Positions 1 through 13,194 of a DNA stretch of 64,000 bases are shown here, in pieces. The DNA is taken from the NCBI GenBank assembly GCA_032718475.1, contig JAUCBJ010001029.1, positions 1-64,000 on the forward strand. Direction: 5' to 3'. The position numbers and the translations under genes are program-made. The notes below the pieces were generated by a model. That model did no database searches. It saw nothing but the letters and a program-made list of their open reading frames with translations, and was not told where the DNA came from. This DNA is from Nemertoderma westbladi. Lineage: Eukaryota > Animalia > Xenacoelomorpha. Position 1 is the first letter of the stretch; each line of letters starts with the position of its first letter.

Positions 1-339
1 GTTCTATTGACCTACTGTATGTTTGCGTTAGGCCCTAACCCCCCCTTGTCTGCAGCAGCTCGTCAGCCCGCATCCTTGATACCGGTAGTGACCAAACAGC
101 CACAGGCAGCCCGCCCACATGCAGACTGCTACCCCAACCAACAACCTGCAGACCTCCTGATTTACCACTGTGGTACATAATAATTACATATAATTACATA
201 TATAACTTAATCTATCTTTAATCTGTTTCTCCAGTTATGCTGCACCACCATTTCACGTGTACATGTTCTTAGGTTATGTCGGTAGTCCTACCATTTTATT
301 TAAATTGATCTATTTTTAATGTTTATATTATAACAATGA

Positions 340-380
340 ACCGCTGAGGACGCCCGCAACGGGTGAAATGCGCATACGGT
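340..380 (+). ncRNA. Minimal type I hammerhead ribozyme (Penelope-like-element style)
   Basis: ACCG-CTGAGGA-C-GCCCG/CAA/CGGGT-GAAA-TGCGCA-TA-CGGT: CUGANGA and GAAA core, stem I ACCG/CGGT, stem II, palindromic stem III ATGCGCAT, and an AUA cleavage triplet. Confidence 0.75.
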
Positions 381-516
381 AACATTTAATTATTTTTACA
401 CCTCGTGGCAAGACCCTCTACACCCCCAACAGATTCTCCACCCCCGGAGTATACCTGAAATTAATTTAATTATGCTTACGCCACGCTCGACGTCAACCAG
501 AAACATTAAATATTTG

Positions 517-1304
517 GACCATTAGCTGTGACTTTCAAAGGAGGCGAATCCATCTGCAGTTCTCCAGTCTGCCGCTAGAGGGCCAAAGGTCTGAAAGTGA
601 AATCGTTGTCGTCGTTACGATTTTGACATGCTAATAACTTTGTCGGATTTAAAGCTGCCAAGTTGAAAATTTGTAGGTATCAATATGAGCTAAAGTTGAG
701 ATTTTTGAGAGACTTTCAGACACCATCAGTGCAATGGTCTCCCGCTAGAGGGCCACATGTCTAAACATTAAATGCCCTCCCATTTCTTTGCTTTTAATCC
801 GTTTAAGCTGAAACTTGGCAGATATGTATTAGACCATTAGCTGTGACTTTCAAAGGAGGCGAATCCATCTGCAGTTCTCCAGTCTGCCGCTAGAGGGCCA
901 AAGGTCTGAAAGTGAAATCGTTGTCGTCGTTACGATTTTGACATGCTAATAACTTTGTCGGATTTAAAGCTGCCAAGTTGAAAATTTGTAGGTATCAATA
1001 TGAGCTAAAGTTGAGATTTTTGAGAGACTTTCAGACACCATCAGTGCAATGGTCTCCCGCTAGAGGGCCACATGTCTAAACATTAAATGCCCTCCCATTT
1101 CTTTGCTTTTAATCCGTTTAAGCTGAAACTTGGCAGATATGTATTAGACCATTAGCTGTGACTTTCAAAGGAGGCGAATCCATCTGCAGTTCTCCAGTCT
1201 GCCGCTAGAGGGCCAAATGTCTGAAAGTGAAATCGTTGTCGTCGTTATGATATTGACATGCTTATAACTTTGTCGAATTTAAAGCTGCCAAGTTGAAAAT
1301 TTGT
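517..1304. repeat. 315-bp tandem repeat (~2.5 near-identical copies; two related subunits each with CCGCTAGAGGGCCA); degenerate copies continue to ~1655
   Basis: GACCATTAGCTGTGAC recurs at 517, 832 and 1147. Confidence 0.9.
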
Positions 1305-1904
1305 TTTGTTGAAAATCAGTTCAACAGTCACCCGCTATAGGACTACTTTATGCCTGAAAGTGAATAGATTCTCCCGTCTCATTGATTTTAATCAGTTTAA
1401 GCTGAATCTTGCCATATATTCTGGACCACATGCTGCGTCTTTGTGGGGGGGGGGGGGAGATTTAATCGGTCTGCCGCTATACGACGAAATTTCTGAAAGT
1501 GAGATCCGTCTCTCATTTCGTTATCCGTTATTCAAGATGAAACTTGGCCGATGTACGTATGTACTATTCATCCATAGGCTGTGTCTTTGTGGGGCTGGAG
1601 ACCCTAATCCATCTTCAGTTCTCACTATACCGCTAGAGTCAGAAATGTCTGAATAGAAATGAAAGAGGTAAAAAGTGATTAGGCGAAATCTGCTTAAAAT
1701 TTGCTAATACAGTAATACTTTCGAATTAGTACTTAAATTAAATTTAAGTCACGTGCTGCGCGAAGGCCCCACTTCGTGTAGCTGTTATACGTGGATCCTA
1801 GGCCGGTATATGAACGGTTATTGTGTGTATTTAGTTGTGTTAAACATCTTAAGGTTGTTTGACGATTAACATCTTTTATTAACATCCGTCTGTGTTGGTG
1901 CTCC

Positions 1905-2610
1905 CTTTGGTATGCTTGAGCATGTGCACGACTTCTGCTACCTGGGATCATGGATCCGGAAGTCAGGTGAGGACCTTCGAATACGTAAGGGAAAGGCATG
2001 GGCAGCCTTGAATAGGCTTTCCAGGATTTGGAAGTCACAGAGAATTCATCAGAAACTTAAGGTCCGATTATTTAGAGCAGCAGTAGTTCCAGTACTCCTC
2101 TATGGGAGTCAATCCTGGGCTCTAACTGATGAGGACACCAAATCTCTGGGATGGCACATTCACAAGAATGCTACGCCGGGTTCATTGTGTCAAGTATAAT
2201 GCGCACATCTCCAACCAGACACTATATAACATTGGAGGTGTCTCATTGGTTCCCCCAAGCTTGACACTAGAACAAAGCCGCCTCCGCTTTGTAGGACATT
2301 CCTTTCGCCGTGAGGACCAGCCAGTGCATAATCTTGTGCTTTGGCAGCCTCATGGAGTGAATAAGCATGGTGGACAGCCCATGACTTTCTTGAGACGCAT
2401 CTTAAAGGACACTGGCCTTGAAGATGCGGATAATCTCGCGAAAGCCATGAGGGATAGGGGGTTGTGGCGGTGCAACTTTGGTGATAAGCCGGCATAACTT
2501 AATGCACGCTGCATTGGGTTTACCAATTGTGGATTGCTTGGTGGCGGCACAAATATTTTTGTTAATCCAGCATAGCATTTCAATGTGCAGCTGCAATGCA
2601 GCAGGACCAT
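1905..2610 (+). mobile_element. RTE-clade LINE, 3' fragment (frameshift near 2148)
   Basis: DFCYLGSWI...KAWAALNRLSRIWKS...KVRLFRAAVVPVLLYGSQSWALT...DGTFTRMLRRV...SRLRFVGH, typical of the RTE post-RT C-terminus. Confidence 0.85.
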
Positions 2611-2933
2611 TACTGAGATGAAAACGGTAGATTTATTATCATCTACCGATACGGTAAACCTACAATACCCGTTTATATTCTGCCGCTATGGCGATCAACT
2701 AGAACCCCTATAATTTACTAACAATAGATTGGCATTAAAGAGAAGTGAAATTTTATGTTTAACATTACATTTTGTATGTCTTTAAATTAAATCTTTCAAT
2801 TAAACATTTTCGAATAAAATTACCTTCTGTAGGCGTAATCTAGTGCTTTATAAGATTACAATAATTATCGTATCTTTGCTACATTATATGACTTGATGTA
2901 AAGAGATTTATAAAATATATAATTTTACCCCAG

Positions 2934-3183
2934 TTTTTTTTAGGTTCGCATATATAAGCGAACGTTGTTGTTGTTAATTTCCAGATTTCCAGAGGTTTTA
3001 GCTTTCTAAGGCTTCATACGGCGCAGTGGCGAAGTTTGTAGAGCGTTGAACTTGGAACCTGTAGGTAGTGAGTTCAATCCCACTTTCCGGTGAATTTTTT
3101 GGTAAGATTAGTAGTAAACCATTGAATGAGAAGACGGTTCATGCGTTAGTAGACGCGGACCTTTCAGCGAATTCGCGCTTGTT
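2934..3183 (+). mobile_element. Probable Helentron-associated non-autonomous element (HINE/DINE-like) containing a tRNA-like segment
   Basis: T-run, then TAGGTTCGC with nearby inverted copy GCGAAC; 3' GCGGACCT plus AGCG-AATTCG-CGCT hairpin ending in TT; A-box/B-box-like TGGCGAAGTTTG...GAGTTCAATCC at ~3027-3081. Confidence 0.45.
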
Positions 3184-3328
3184 AAATTTCAGTTTGGTGA
3201 TGGATGATGTTTAATGATCAGTAGCAGTTTTGATTAGCTAGCAGACAAAACCAAAGTAATTCCATGGGAAGATAAAATAAAATCGCTTATTATTTTTGTG
3301 ACTTTTAATGTCTAACTTATTCATATAG

Positions 3329-4462
3329 GGCGATGAATGTTCTGCAAACCGGCATATAGAATTGCGCCACCTTGAGACAAAAATGGGAACCATGAAAGAC
3401 AAGTTGCGCGGCAGTGAGCGCCGCATGGAGGCGCTTCAGAATAAAGTAACAGAACAAGAAAAAACCATTGAAATACAACAAAATGAAATGGCCACAGTTC
3501 AACTTACTGTGAGTAAATTTTGTACAATCTAATATGTTTGACTCACTCTACTATCTTTTCTGGCGCATTGAGAAACTGTGTATGTCTTATGTCACAACAA
3601 TCACAATATTGTTTACTAACATAATTTAGTAGCTATATACTTTTACAATACAATGAAAAATCATCAATAAATTCTTACAACATTGACTACGAACCACTGC
3701 GCATTAATCTCGCACTCCAATGTATCTAAGAGTTCTCTACCGCCTCATTGGCCATAAAACAAGACCTTTTACGAGATCTAGGGTTCCTCTTTACCAGGCT
3801 CACTAGATCCAGGGTACTCCATTGCTGAGACGGGTCTCATAATAGAGTGCGATCTACACTTAAAACTAATGTCGCAGTCACTTGCGGTTTTTAATGCATT
3901 CGTGTTGCTCAGTAACGGTTATATTTGATTGATTCTCCAGTTAAACGAACAGCGTCAAGATTTACAGGAGTTACAGAGCGAGAAAGATCGATTGTTGAGC
4001 GACGGAGGGGGGAAAATGATGAAAGATTACGTTGTGCGGAAATACAAACACGAGAGGGATGATGCGATTGCAAAGTAAGTGTTTAAACACGAGTGGATTG
4101 CAATAATTGTGAAAAGTGATAATTAATGTAATTACTTGATAGGGACCATTACCTCCCCCCCCCCCACCCCTCTTAAGGGTTTGTTAATAATGTTTTATTT
4201 ATTAATTTTTAGACGTAACTCTGTCGAAGTGGAACTAGCTCGGGCCAAAACTGAAATAATTTCAAGGGAGTCGACAATCCGGGCCGTGATCGATCAGAAA
4301 CTCAGACTGTCCCAAGCGAACGACCAATGGCAGGTCGACATGCACTCTGTGATAGACGACCGCCTTAGCGACATGATGGAGTCCGACTCGTTGCGTAAAC
4401 GCCACACCAATCAGCAGTCACCTAGGAGACACTCCGTATTTAAGTTCCTACATTACAGATAA
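3329..4462 (+). CDS. BICDL1: BICD family-like cargo adaptor (BICDL1/BICDR-like), last three coding exons: 3329-3508, 3941-4074, 4213-4462
   Basis: Canonical AG/GT boundaries with consistent phases; spliced product ...HERDDAIAKRNSVEVELARAK...IDQKLRLSQANDQWQVDMHSVIDDRL matches the BICDR C-terminal coiled-coil motif; AATAAA at 4575. Confidence 0.8.
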
Positions 4463-4678
4463 TGAATGAACTACAACGTCCATCTCTCACCGAGTTTCTA
4501 TAATCCCGTAGATTTCTCATACAGGTGATTTATGGTTTTTAATCCAATACGGAGTTGTTGTACTTCTACAATCCAATAAATGAAATCGATATGGAAGTTA
4601 GTCTACATAGTTTGTCAGATTGCGTAGACTTTCTATTTATATTTTTAGGAATTGTGATGCAATTGTAACATATCAATA

Positions 4679-6935
4679 TATCGCCATATTACTGACACTG
4701 GTATGCCTATTGCCTATAATAATATCTTATATCTAAATATTACTGACACTGGTATGCCTATTGCCTATAATAATATCTTATATCTAAATATTACTGACAC
4801 TGGTATGCCTATTGCCTATAATAATATCTTATATCTCAATATTACTGTCACTGGTATGCCTTTTGCCTATAATAATATCTTATATCTCAATATTACTGTC
4901 ACTGGTATGCCTATTGCCTATAATAATATCTTATATCTCAATATTACTGTCACTGGTATGCCTATTGCCTATAATAATATCTTATATCGCCATATTACTG
5001 ACACTGGTATGCCTATTGCCTATAATAATATCTTATATCTAAATATTACTGTCACTGGTATGCCTATTGCCTATAATAATATCTTATATCTCAATATTAC
5101 TGTCACTGGTATGCCTATTGCCTATAATAATACCTTATATCTCAATATTACTGACACTGGTATGCCTATTGCCTATAATAATATCTTATATCTCAATATT
5201 ACTGTCACTGGTATGCCTATTGCCTATAATAATATCTTATATCTAAATATTACTGTCACTGGTATGCCTATTGCCTATAATAATACCTTATATCTCAATA
5301 TTACTGACACTGGTATGCCTATTGCCTATAATAATACCTTATATCTCAATATTACTGTCACTGGTATGCCTATTGCCTATAATAATATCTTATATCGCCA
5401 TATTACTGACACTGGTATGCCTATTGCCTATAATAATATCTTATATCTAAATATTACTGTCACTGGTATGCCTATTGCCTATAATAATATCTTATATCTC
5501 AATATTACTGTCACTGGTATGCCTATTGCCTATAATAATTACCTTATATCTCAATATTACTGACACTGGTATGCCTATTGCCTATAATAATATCTTATAT
5601 CTCAATATTACTGTCACTGGTATGCCTATTGCCTATAATAATACCTTATATCTCAATTTTACTGTCACTGGTATGCCTATTGCCTATAATAATACCTTAT
5701 ATCGCCATATTACTGACACTGGTATGCCTATTGCCTATAATAATATCTTATATCTAAATATTACTGTCACTGGTATGCCTATTGCCTATAATAATATCTT
5801 ATATCTAAATATTACTGTCACTGGTATGCCTATTGCCTATAATAATATCTTATATCGCCATATTACTGACACTGGTATGCCTATTGCCTATAATAATACC
5901 TTATATCTCAATATTACTGACACTGGTATGCCTATTGCCTATAATAATATCTTATATCGCCATATTACTGACACTGGTATGCCTATTGCCTATAATAATA
6001 CCTTATATCTCAATATTACTGACACTGGTATGCCTATTGCCTATAATAATATCTTATAACGCCATATTACTGTCACTGGTATGCCTATTGCCTATAATAA
6101 TATCTTATAACGCCATATTACTGTCACTGGTATGCCTATTGCCTATAATAATATCTTATAACGCCATATTACTGTCACTGGTATGCCTATTGCCTATAAT
6201 AATACCTTATATCTCAATATTACTGACACTGGTATGCCTATTGCCTATAATAATATCTTATATCTAAATATTACTGTCACTGGTATGCCTATTGCCTATA
6301 ATAATATCAATATATCGCCATATTACTGACACTGGTATGCCTATTGCCTATAATAATATCTTATATCTAAATATTACTGTCACTGGTATGCCTATTGCCT
6401 ATAATAATATCTTATATCTCAATATTACTGACACTGGTATGCCTATTGCCTATAATAATACCTTATATCTCAATATTACTGACACTGGTATGCCTATTGC
6501 CTATAATAATATCTTATATCGCTATATTACTGACACTGGTATGCCTATTGCCTATAATAATATCTTATATCGCCATATTACTGACACTGGTATGCCTATT
6601 GCCTATAATAATACCTTATATCTCAATATTACTGACACTGGTATGCCTATTGCCTATAATAATATCTTATAACGCCATATTACTGTCACTGGTATGCCTA
6701 TTGCCTATAATAATATCTTATAACGCCATATTACTGTCACTGGTATGCCTATTGCCTATAATAATACCTTATATCTCAATATTACTGACACTGGTATGCC
6801 TATTGCCTATAATAATATCTTATATCTCAATATTACTGACACTGGTATGCCTATTGCCTATAATAATATCTTATATCTCAATATTACTGACACTGGTATG
6901 CCTATTGCCTATAATAATACCTTATATCGCCATAT
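4679..6935. repeat. 51-bp minisatellite, ~44 copies
   Basis: Unit TATATCTCAATATTACTG(T/A)CACTGGTATGCCTATTGCCTATAATAATATCT. Confidence 0.97.
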
Positions 6936-7513
6936 TTTTTCATTCCATGCTTTTTTATGCGTTAATCGTAAAAATCGTATTTTTTTAGGTTTTGCGTATT
7001 TAGTTATGTAGACCGCGAGGCACTGCAATACAATTTATTATACAAATTTATTGCATAATGATAATTTTCTGCACATAAGTTTTTGTAGAATAGCAGTGCC
7101 TGAGGCAACTAGGACGCCAAATCAACCGCATACCTTACGTTTTCATGCAGTTTATTTTGTTTTTCTGATATAGATTAAATGCGCAATTATTTTAATGCCA
7201 CCGTGCAAACTTAAATTTCGGCAATCAATTACTTTTTAACTGTAGTTACTTTTTAAGTTTTGGCAATTTTGTTGCAGGTTTATTTTTAGTATTTAGGTTA
7301 AGTTTTCTCTACAGTTTTGTATAATTGTGTGTTTTTTTTTTCTATAATTTCGGTGTGTCTTGATTTCCAATTTTTCTATTATCTATTTAAATTTATTATT
7401 GTACTTAATTCTTGAATAAGACAGCTTAAACATTGTTTTACACAATAACAGTCAGGTCATTCATTGTCAACAGAAGAGTCAAGTACGCTGTAATCTTTTC
7501 AAATGCTATAGAT

Positions 7514-9718
7514 AGAGCGCTCTAGCTAATGTTGTTTACGTGTAGCGCTCTAGGTAATGTTGTTTACTTGTAGCGCTCTAGGTAATGTTGTTTACTTGTA
7601 GCGCTCTATGTAATGTTGTTTACTTGTAGCGCTCTAGGTAATGTTGTTTACTTGTAGCGCTCTAGGTAATGATGTTTACTTGTAGCGCTCTAGGTAATGT
7701 TGTTTACTTGTAGCGCTCTAGGTAATGTTGTTTACGTGTAGCGCTCTAGGTAATGTTGTTTACGTATAGCGCTCTAGGTAATGTTGTTTACGTATAGCGC
7801 TCTAGATAATGTTGTTTACTTGTAGCGCTCTAGGTAATGTTGTTTACTTGTAGCGCTCTAGGTAATGTTGTTTACTTGTAGCGCTCTAGGTAATGTTGTT
7901 TACTTGTAGCGCTCTAGGTAATGTTGTTTACTTGTAGCGCTCTAGGTAATGTTGTTTACTTGTAGCGCTCTATGTAATGTTGTTTACTTGTAGCGCTCTA
8001 GGTAATGTTGTTTACTTGAAGCGCTCTAGGTAATGTTGTTTACTTGTAGCGCTCTATGTAATGTTGTTTACTTGTAGCGCTATATGTAATGTTGTTTACT
8101 TGTAGCGCTCTAGGTAATGTTGTTTACTTGTAGCGCTCTAGGTAATGATGTTTACTTGTAGCGCTATATGTAATGTTGTTTACTTGTAGCGCTCTAGGTA
8201 ATGTTGTTTACTTGTAGCGCTCTAGGTAATGTTGTTTACGTGTAGCGCTCTAGGTAATGTTGTTTACGTATAGCGCTCTAGGTAATGTTGTTTACGTATA
8301 GCGCTCTAGCTAATGTTGTTTACTTGTAGCGCTCTAGGTAATGTTGTTTACTTGTAGCGCTCTAGGTAATGTTGTTTACTTGTAGCGCTCTAGGTAATGT
8401 TGTTTACTTGTAGCGCTCTACGTAATGTTGTTTACTTGTAGCGCTATATGTAATGTTGTTTACTTGTAGCGCTCTAGGTAATGTTGTTTACTTGTAGCGC
8501 TCTAGGTAATGTTGTTTACTTGTAGCGCTCTAGGTAATGTTGTTTACTTGTAGCGCTCTAGGTAATGTTGTTTACTTGTAGCGCTATATGTAATGTTGTT
8601 TACTTGTAGCGCTCTAGGTAATGTTGTTTACTTGTAGCGCTCTAGGTAATGTTGTTTACTTGTAGCGCTATATGTAATGTTGTTTACTTGTAGAGCTCTA
8701 GGTAATGTTGTTTACTTGTAGCGCTCTAGGTAATGTTGTTTACTTGTAGCGCTCTAGGTAATGTTGTTTACTTGTAGCGCTCTAGATAATGTTGTTTACT
8801 TGTAGCGCTCTAGGTAATGTTGTTTACTTGTAGCGCTCTAGGTAATGTTGTTTACTTGTAGCGCTATATGTAATGTTGTTTACTTGTAGCGCTCTAGGTA
8901 ATGTTGTTTACTTGTAGCGCTCTAGGTAATGTTGTTTACTTGTAGCGCTATATGTAATGTTGTTTACTTGTAGCGCTATATGTAATGTTGTTTACTTGTA
9001 GCGCTCTAGGTAATGTTGTTTACTTGTAGCGCTATATGTAATGTTGTTTACTTGTAGCGCTCTAGGTAATGTTGTTTACTTGTAGCGCTCTAGGTAATGT
9101 TGTTTACTTGTAGCGCTCTAGGTAATGTTGTTTACTTGTAGCGCTCTAGGTAATGTTGTTTACTTGTAGCGCTCTAGGTAATGTTGTTTACTTGTAGCGC
9201 TCTAGGTAATGTTGTTTACTTGTAGCGCTCTAGGTAATGTTGTTTACTTGTAGCGCTATATGTAATGTTGTTTACTTGTAGCGCTCTAGGTAATGTTGTT
9301 TACTTGTAGCGCTCTAGGTAATGTTGTTTACTTGTAGCGCTATATGTAATGTTGTTTACTTGTAGAGCTCTAGGTAATGTTGTTTACTTGTAGCGCTCTA
9401 GGTAATGTTGTTTACTTGTAGCGCTCTAGGTAATGTTGTTTACTTGTAGCGCTCTAGATAATGTTGTTTACTTGTAGCGCTCTAGATAATGTTGTTTACT
9501 TGTAGCGCTCTAGGTAATGTTGTTTACTTGAAGCGCTCTAGGTAATGTTGTTTACTTGTAGAGTTCTAGGTAATGTTGTTTACTTGTAGAGTTCTAGGTA
9601 ATGTTGTTTACGTGTAGCGCTCTAGGTAATGTTGTTTACTTGAAGCGCTCTAGGTAATGTTGTTTACTTGTAGAGTTCTATGTAATGTTGTTTACTTGTA
9701 GCGCTCTAGATAATGTTG
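7514..9718. repeat. 28-bp minisatellite, ~79 copies
   Basis: Unit TAGCGCTCTAGGTAATGTTGTTTACTTG. Confidence 0.97.
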
Positions 9719-10587
9719 GTTGTCTTTTTCTCAATAATCATCCCACTCGTGCTGAATAGCTCCCATATACCGTATTTTATACATCGATTTAATATATTGA
9801 ATGTGTCTTGTATTTAATTAATATTCGAGGTCTAGGTACTCCTTTACGGTGCATTTGAATAATAATTATTGAATTAATTAATTGTTGGTTTTTGTATAAT
9901 TCAGCTTTGCTTTGGATACTTTTATACGTAATTAAATATGCTGCATTGGTTTAATTAATGATCTTTTATAATTGTTTTAATTTTCGTTTTCGCCTTTACT
10001 AATACTAATTATTATTTTATTTATATATATTATGGATTTATGGAAGTTACAATATTTATATAGTTTAAATCTATTCCGAAGCCGATTTTATTTCTATTTC
10101 CGTAGATTATTTCTTTATAAAATAGTTTAATCTGCCTTTCCTTTGTGTTTATTTGTCATGTATTTAGATATGTTTATCGTTATTCAGTCGCTATAGGCAT
10201 CAACCTCGGATACATTACAACTGAGACACAAAATAATGTTAATAAAAAATTTATTATTGTTATTATACAATTTTACAATTATTGGTGATGAATTTCCATA
10301 ATAATAACAATTATGTTTATAAAGTATATACATAACATAATCATTGAAGAATAATGTTATTTTGGAAATAATAAACTCTTTATTTCATTGCTTGTAATCT
10401 ATCGCCTTATTAGCGTCTGCGAGGATTTTAATAGGGATGAGAACTGAATTGTATAAATTGTAAGATTGCGACTTGGAGTTAGTAATTTTATTCGAAAATG
10501 GAAATATTTATTTTAAAAAATTAAAAATTTAACGTTAAATTCCACTACTCATCCACTTCCACTACTAAAGGCTGTAGAAATTTCGCA

Positions 10588-10746
10588 CTGTTGTGTCCCT
10601 AGGCAAGACACTTTAGACATTAGTGCCTACGTCAACCCAGCGGTATAATGGGAACCTGGCTTTGCTGGGGTAATGATAATAAAAGCGCTTTGAGTATGCT
10701 GAGCGTAGAAAAGCGCTATATAAATAACCAATATTATTATTATTAT
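10588..10746 (+). mobile_element. SINE remnant: CORE-like central domain with L2-type 3' tail
   Basis: TGTTGTGTCCCTAGGCAAGACACTT...AATGGG, then AAAGCGCTTTGAG...AAAGCGCTATATAAAT and a (TAT)n tail. Confidence 0.6.
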
Positions 10747-11080
10747 AGTTTATAGTGGTTATTGCTGCTTGTAGCGACAGTATACTAGTGGTTTAGGGCT
10801 AGCTAATAGTAACGACGTACTGGCAATTAATTTATATTAACCTACTGTTTCGACATGCCGGTAGTGAGACCTACGATCAGCTACGCTATATTGTATGTGG
10901 GGGGTGTAGGCCTAACGTTTGGTATTACTGATAGGATAGTCAGTAAAAATGAAAATAAGTGATGGGCGATCTACCGGGTGTACAGGTAACGTGCCTAACC
11001 TATATGCTGTGGCTTACTTACTGGCTTGATGCCCGCCGTAAAAACGTTTTTCACCCGCCTTATAAAGTCATATAAAAATA

Positions 11081-11136
11081 ATTCATTGTGTCAAGTACAA
11101 TGCACACATCTCCAACCAGACACTATATAATATTGG
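11081..11136 (+). mobile_element. RTE fragment (left half, continued at 13195)
   Basis: Matches 2181-2235 of the RTE copy and resumes exactly after the MITE. Confidence 0.8.
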
Positions 11137-13194
11137 GAGACAGGGGGGGGGGGGGGGGGGAACTCGACGCAAAACCCGCCTTGGCGAATTAATATCCCGC
11201 CTCAATGTTAAATCCTCAATTTAGGGAAAGGAGCAGGTTACAGTGACACGATATTTTAACCAAAACAATAAACTAAACACAATAGAACAAGTTAAAGTGT
11301 TATTTTTGAGAGTAATCATCTGTTATTTGCGTCGAATTTCCCCTGGAAAGGGATGAATTTTTATTATTATTATTATTATTATTAGCTGACGTCGTACATG
11401 AGACAATAGAATTAATTGCACAGTACAAAATACTTAGGAATAATTAAGTAATTAGGTAATGATTAAATTTAAAGCACAAATAAGATATTAATGGTGAATA
11501 TATGAATATAACAACGATATTATAAGTACAATATAACAATACTATATAATATGATAAAATCGAATATCAGTCTTAACTAGTGCACAGGAAATTCAGGATG
11601 TCATCCAGATCAACGGCATTAAAATTAGAAACTTCTAGGTTATTGAATTTGCATTCCAAAATTTCTTTAACAAAATTAACTTTATATAAATCTACAACAA
11701 CAGGTGTGTAACGTAGATAGGATACTTGCTTAGTTGAAACTGTTCGTAAATCAAAGTGATTACACGCGTTACCAATAGATCTAAAGTTTCGACCACTTCG
11801 AGTTCTACAATCAAAAAGTGTCAGTTCTCCTAAGAAACGGATGCAAGGTTTGAACGAATTAAGTAAACTATGAGCAAAAGTGACGAACCTTGATTGTAAC
11901 ATTATAGAAGGGTGTTTAAATGGCACTAAACCTTCCACTATGTATCTATGTGTATTAAACGGGAGATTAAAAAGTAGTCTGACATTAATATTCCAAAATC
12001 CGCATTGATATCACCAACAAGTAATATATCAGATAAATCAGATGACGTTATAAGATATTTAATATCATTAATCAATGTAAGTAGCTCGTCGGATACATTG
12101 TTACCTCTGTTGTCCACAGGAAAATAAGAATTAATGATTAATATTTGTTTAGATCCCGGCATATTTATTCGAATAGCCTGTAACCTAGAGTTTGTAACCT
12201 TAACATGGGATATATATTTTTGAATATGCTTTTTAAATATAAAACAAAGGCCGCCGGATGGTCTACCAGCGCGTATAACATTATCTGGATAAGTAGCTGG
12301 TTGTAATATGCACTGATAATCTGAGAAAAACTGTTTAAAGCGGTATGAATTATCATGCAAGACAAAATGCTCTTGCAAACATACTATATCACTTCCCATT
12401 AATAAAACTTTAATAAATTCGACCTTATCTGGTGATAAGCCTGTGCTGTTAAAAGACGTTACAGAAATGATACTTGAGTCTAACGTATCGCAGGGGGTAA
12501 TAAAAATAGAGTTTGTGGGAGTAGCCATTGTAAAAATAATTAGAAATATATAACATAATTATAAAAAAAAAAATAAACAATTGCAGAATATATACATATG
12601 TAACAAGTTATTTCGCTAAACCATCATCCGGCTCTCGATAATTCCGATTATACCGCGAATACCTCCACGGACGAACACATACTCCGGAAGGCCATGTTTC
12701 CGGTGCAAGCGCCTTCTGATAGTAATCTTGAGGGATCGAAATCTTATAGCTGTTCGACCTGTTGTCATGATGTGATTTTCTCTCAATATCGTCCACCGTA
12801 ATGGAGATTCCGCTATCCGCTAGATCCTCAACAAGGTCTGCTGGGGTAACCGACTTGTGGAGTCGAAAAACAAAGACATGCGCCGGGGCCGCCCGAGTTT
12901 TACGTGACGAACAGGATTTGGTGGCCATTCCACCTGTACCGACCACATGTCGCCGCGGTTTACGTTCCGGAACCCGAATAAATCCATCCGCGTCTGTCTG
13001 TCTGGGTACCGGTATATGACGGACGTCTGTGTCTGGTGTACCTGGAACGGGGGTCACAACGCCATTATCTCCAGTAGATCGGTATCTTCGGCGTTTCAAA
13101 CTTCCTTGCCCATCGGCTCCAACTCCCGTCATTGGCGGCTTAGAAAGTGGGAAGAGTTTTGGAGTTTATTGCGTCCAGTTTCCCCCCCTATCTG
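11137..13194. mobile_element. ~250-bp MITE with 8-bp TSD AATATTGG (hAT/P-like), split by a LINE insertion
   Basis: Termini GAGACAG(G)n...(C)nTATCTG; TSD at 11129-11136 and 13195-13202; colinear with the uninterrupted copy at 27891-28139. Confidence 0.8.
11361..13164 (-). mobile_element. CR1/L2-group LINE, 5'-truncated and internally deleted (ORF1 C-terminus, APE N-terminus joined to the ORF2 C-terminal end, (TAA)n tail)
   Basis: ORF 12608-13132 has the VFRL...YKI...WPSGVCVRPW ORF1 motif; ORF 11938-12528 has APE motifs SFNSTGL, DIVCLQEH, GRPSGGL, NSYFP, VGDINADF; RT domain absent; 11573-11938 resembles the ORF2 C-terminus. Confidence 0.8.

Noticed and set aside
4703-7011. Long repetitive ORFs (MPIAYNNILYLNIT)n
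   Set aside because: By-product of a 51-bp (multiple of 3) minisatellite lying past the BICDL1 poly(A) signal; frames break at indels.
7514-9718. 28-bp repeats as a CRISPR array
   Set aside because: Head-to-tail with no unique spacers, no cas genes, eukaryotic context.
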